Positions 62,344 through 64,000 of a stretch of 64,000 nucleotides of DNA are shown here, in pieces. The number at the start of each line of letters is the position of its first letter. The first letter of the stretch is position 1. This DNA is from Eledone cirrhosa. Lineage: Eukaryota. The stretch is from contig OZ024741.1 in assembly GCA_964016885.1 (NCBI GenBank), forward strand, positions 252,774,001-252,838,000, given 5' to 3'. The position numbers and the translations under genes are program-made. The notes beneath the pieces were generated by a model. It did not search any database and was not told the origin of the DNA. It was given only the letters and a program-made list of their open reading frames with translations.

Positions 62344-62383
62344 GTATATATATATGTATATATATATACATATATATATATGT

Positions 62384-62411
<28 letters not shown>

Positions 62412-62418
<7 letters not shown>

Positions 62419-62622
62419 TGTAATAAACAACATAAGGCAATTATTCCATTTACCAGTGGTTTCTTAAAAGCAAAAAATTTTGCTTTCAATCATCAGAATG
62501 AAAAAATCCTTGATTTTTTCATTCTGATTTTTTCATTCTGATGATTGAAAGCAACATTTTTTGCTTTTAAGAAACCACTGGTAAATGGAATAATTGCCTT
62601 ATGTTGTTTATTACATAACTAT
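62412..62622. mobile_element. Family D palindromic cassette with two canonical hammerheads
   Basis: Minus 62445-62502 and plus 62532-62589: ttcatt-CTGATGA-ttgaaagcaa...ttgcttttaa-GAA-ACCACTGGT-A-aatgga. Confidence 0.85.
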
Positions 62623-62729
62623 TAAGCTCTGTTACCTACATAGAGCACTCTTTTTTCCTGGACTTTTCCGACGGAATTACTTCACATATATATATATATA
62701 TATGTATATGTATATATATATGTATATAT

Positions 62730-62805
<76 letters not shown>

Positions 62806-62871
62806 GTATGTATGTATATATATATCATCATCATTTTACATCCGCTTTTCCCTGCTTGCAAGGGTGGGACA

Positions 62872-62932
<61 letters not shown>

Positions 62933-62976
62933 TTTAAAGTATTAACAAAATAGAACTTCATTGTGATCAAGTATAA

Positions 62977-63036
62977 TTTATTATACACATTTCAGAGGTA
63001 CTGAGCTAATTTCAACAGTAGTCCTCATCAGATAAA
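62977..63036 (-). ncRNA. Hammerhead motif related to 19557-19623
   Basis: Reverse complement reads tttat-CTGATGA-ggactactg...cagtacctct-GAA-ATGTGTAT-A-ataaa. Confidence 0.7.
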
Positions 63037-63248
63037 ATAAGATGATGCATGATATACCCTGACAAAGTAGATGATTAAGATCCAGTCACGGTAGTGAACT
63101 AATTCTTTGATTTATTCATTGAACCTTGTTTAACCTTTAAATATATATATATATATATGTAAAAGGTAAACAGAAATAACACCACAGTCGGTATAGTATA
63201 TGGAAGGAGGAATATATTAGTTTAACGCTTGAAATGGCAGGAAGAAGA

Positions 63249-63284
63249 TCTTAACGTTTCAGATGCTAGTCCTTCATCAGAAGA
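63249..63284 (-). ncRNA. Family P hammerhead motif
   Basis: Reverse complement reads tt-CTGATGA-aggactagcatct-GAA-ACGTT-A-ag. Confidence 0.6.
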
Positions 63285-63494
63285 AAGAATGAGAAATTAG
63301 AAATATTGAAGGGATGGGCAGGGCAGAATTGGATGAAGGTTCTGGGGTGAGAGAGAAATAGACATGTGAGAAGGAGAAGGTGGAAATAAGAAGAGTATAG
63401 TGGAGGAAAAGTTATAGTGAGCTGTGGTGTGTTTAAATACATATATGTGTATATATATGTGTATATATATGTGTATATATATGTGTATATATGT

Positions 63495-63890
63495 ATGCGA
63501 CGGCTGGAGAGAAATGAAGCAAGTATGCTCCGTTGGATGAACAATGCCAATGTGCATGAACGACCAAGTGTAGACAGGTTGAGAAAGAAACTGGGTATAA
63601 GAGGGATAAGTTGTGGTGTGCAGGAGAGAAGACTGAGATGGTATGGACATGTGATGCGCATGGAGGATGACCGCTGGGTAAAGAAGTGACAAGAAATCGC
63701 AGTAGAAGCAAGACACAGTAGAGGTAGACCACGAAAAACATGGGTGGAGGTGGTAAGAGCAGACCTCAGATCACTGAAACTCACTGAGGAGATGACAAAG
63801 GACCGTGACAGGTGGAGAGATGCTGTGCTGAATAGGACCCATCCAACCATTGCAAGCAGGGAAAAGCAGACATAAAATGATGATAATGAT
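63495..63890 (+). mobile_element. RTE C-terminal fragment with (GAT)n tail
   Basis: RRLERNEASMLRW, RLRWYGHVMR and GRPRKTW motifs. Confidence 0.85.
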
Positions 63891-63938
63891 AGGAAAATGT
63901 TCAAGACCCCAACGGCAGAGCTCAAGCTGTTTCGATGG

Positions 63939-64000
<62 letters not shown>

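Overview
AT-rich, microsatellite-saturated animal genomic DNA with no host gene I can support. The repeat families resemble those of octopus/cephalopod genomes (inference). The window is almost entirely transposable elements: a recent, internally deleted Gypsy LTR element; three large Penelope-like elements (PLEs) plus a remnant; an R4/Dong-like RLE LINE; a near full-length Tx1/L1 LINE; several RTE LINEs; a CRE-like fragment; a DD37D Tc1/mariner element; two tRNA-derived SINE families; MITEs; and a 2.7-kb 48-bp satellite. The main hidden signal is about 25 type I hammerhead ribozyme (HHR) motifs from roughly 17 distinct sequence families, read by eye on both strands. Some lie at the 3' ends of the PLEs. 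Most lie in short non-coding cassettes embedded in (TA)n, often as head-to-head palindromes whose inversion point falls in or next to the ribozyme. Several families carry recurrent non-canonical cores (U3-A8, U4A, U4C). A second theme is apparent microsatellite-niche targeting: PLEs at (TA)n, the R4-like element at (TACA)n and Tx1 at (TAA)n. Coordinates of degenerate repeats are approximate.
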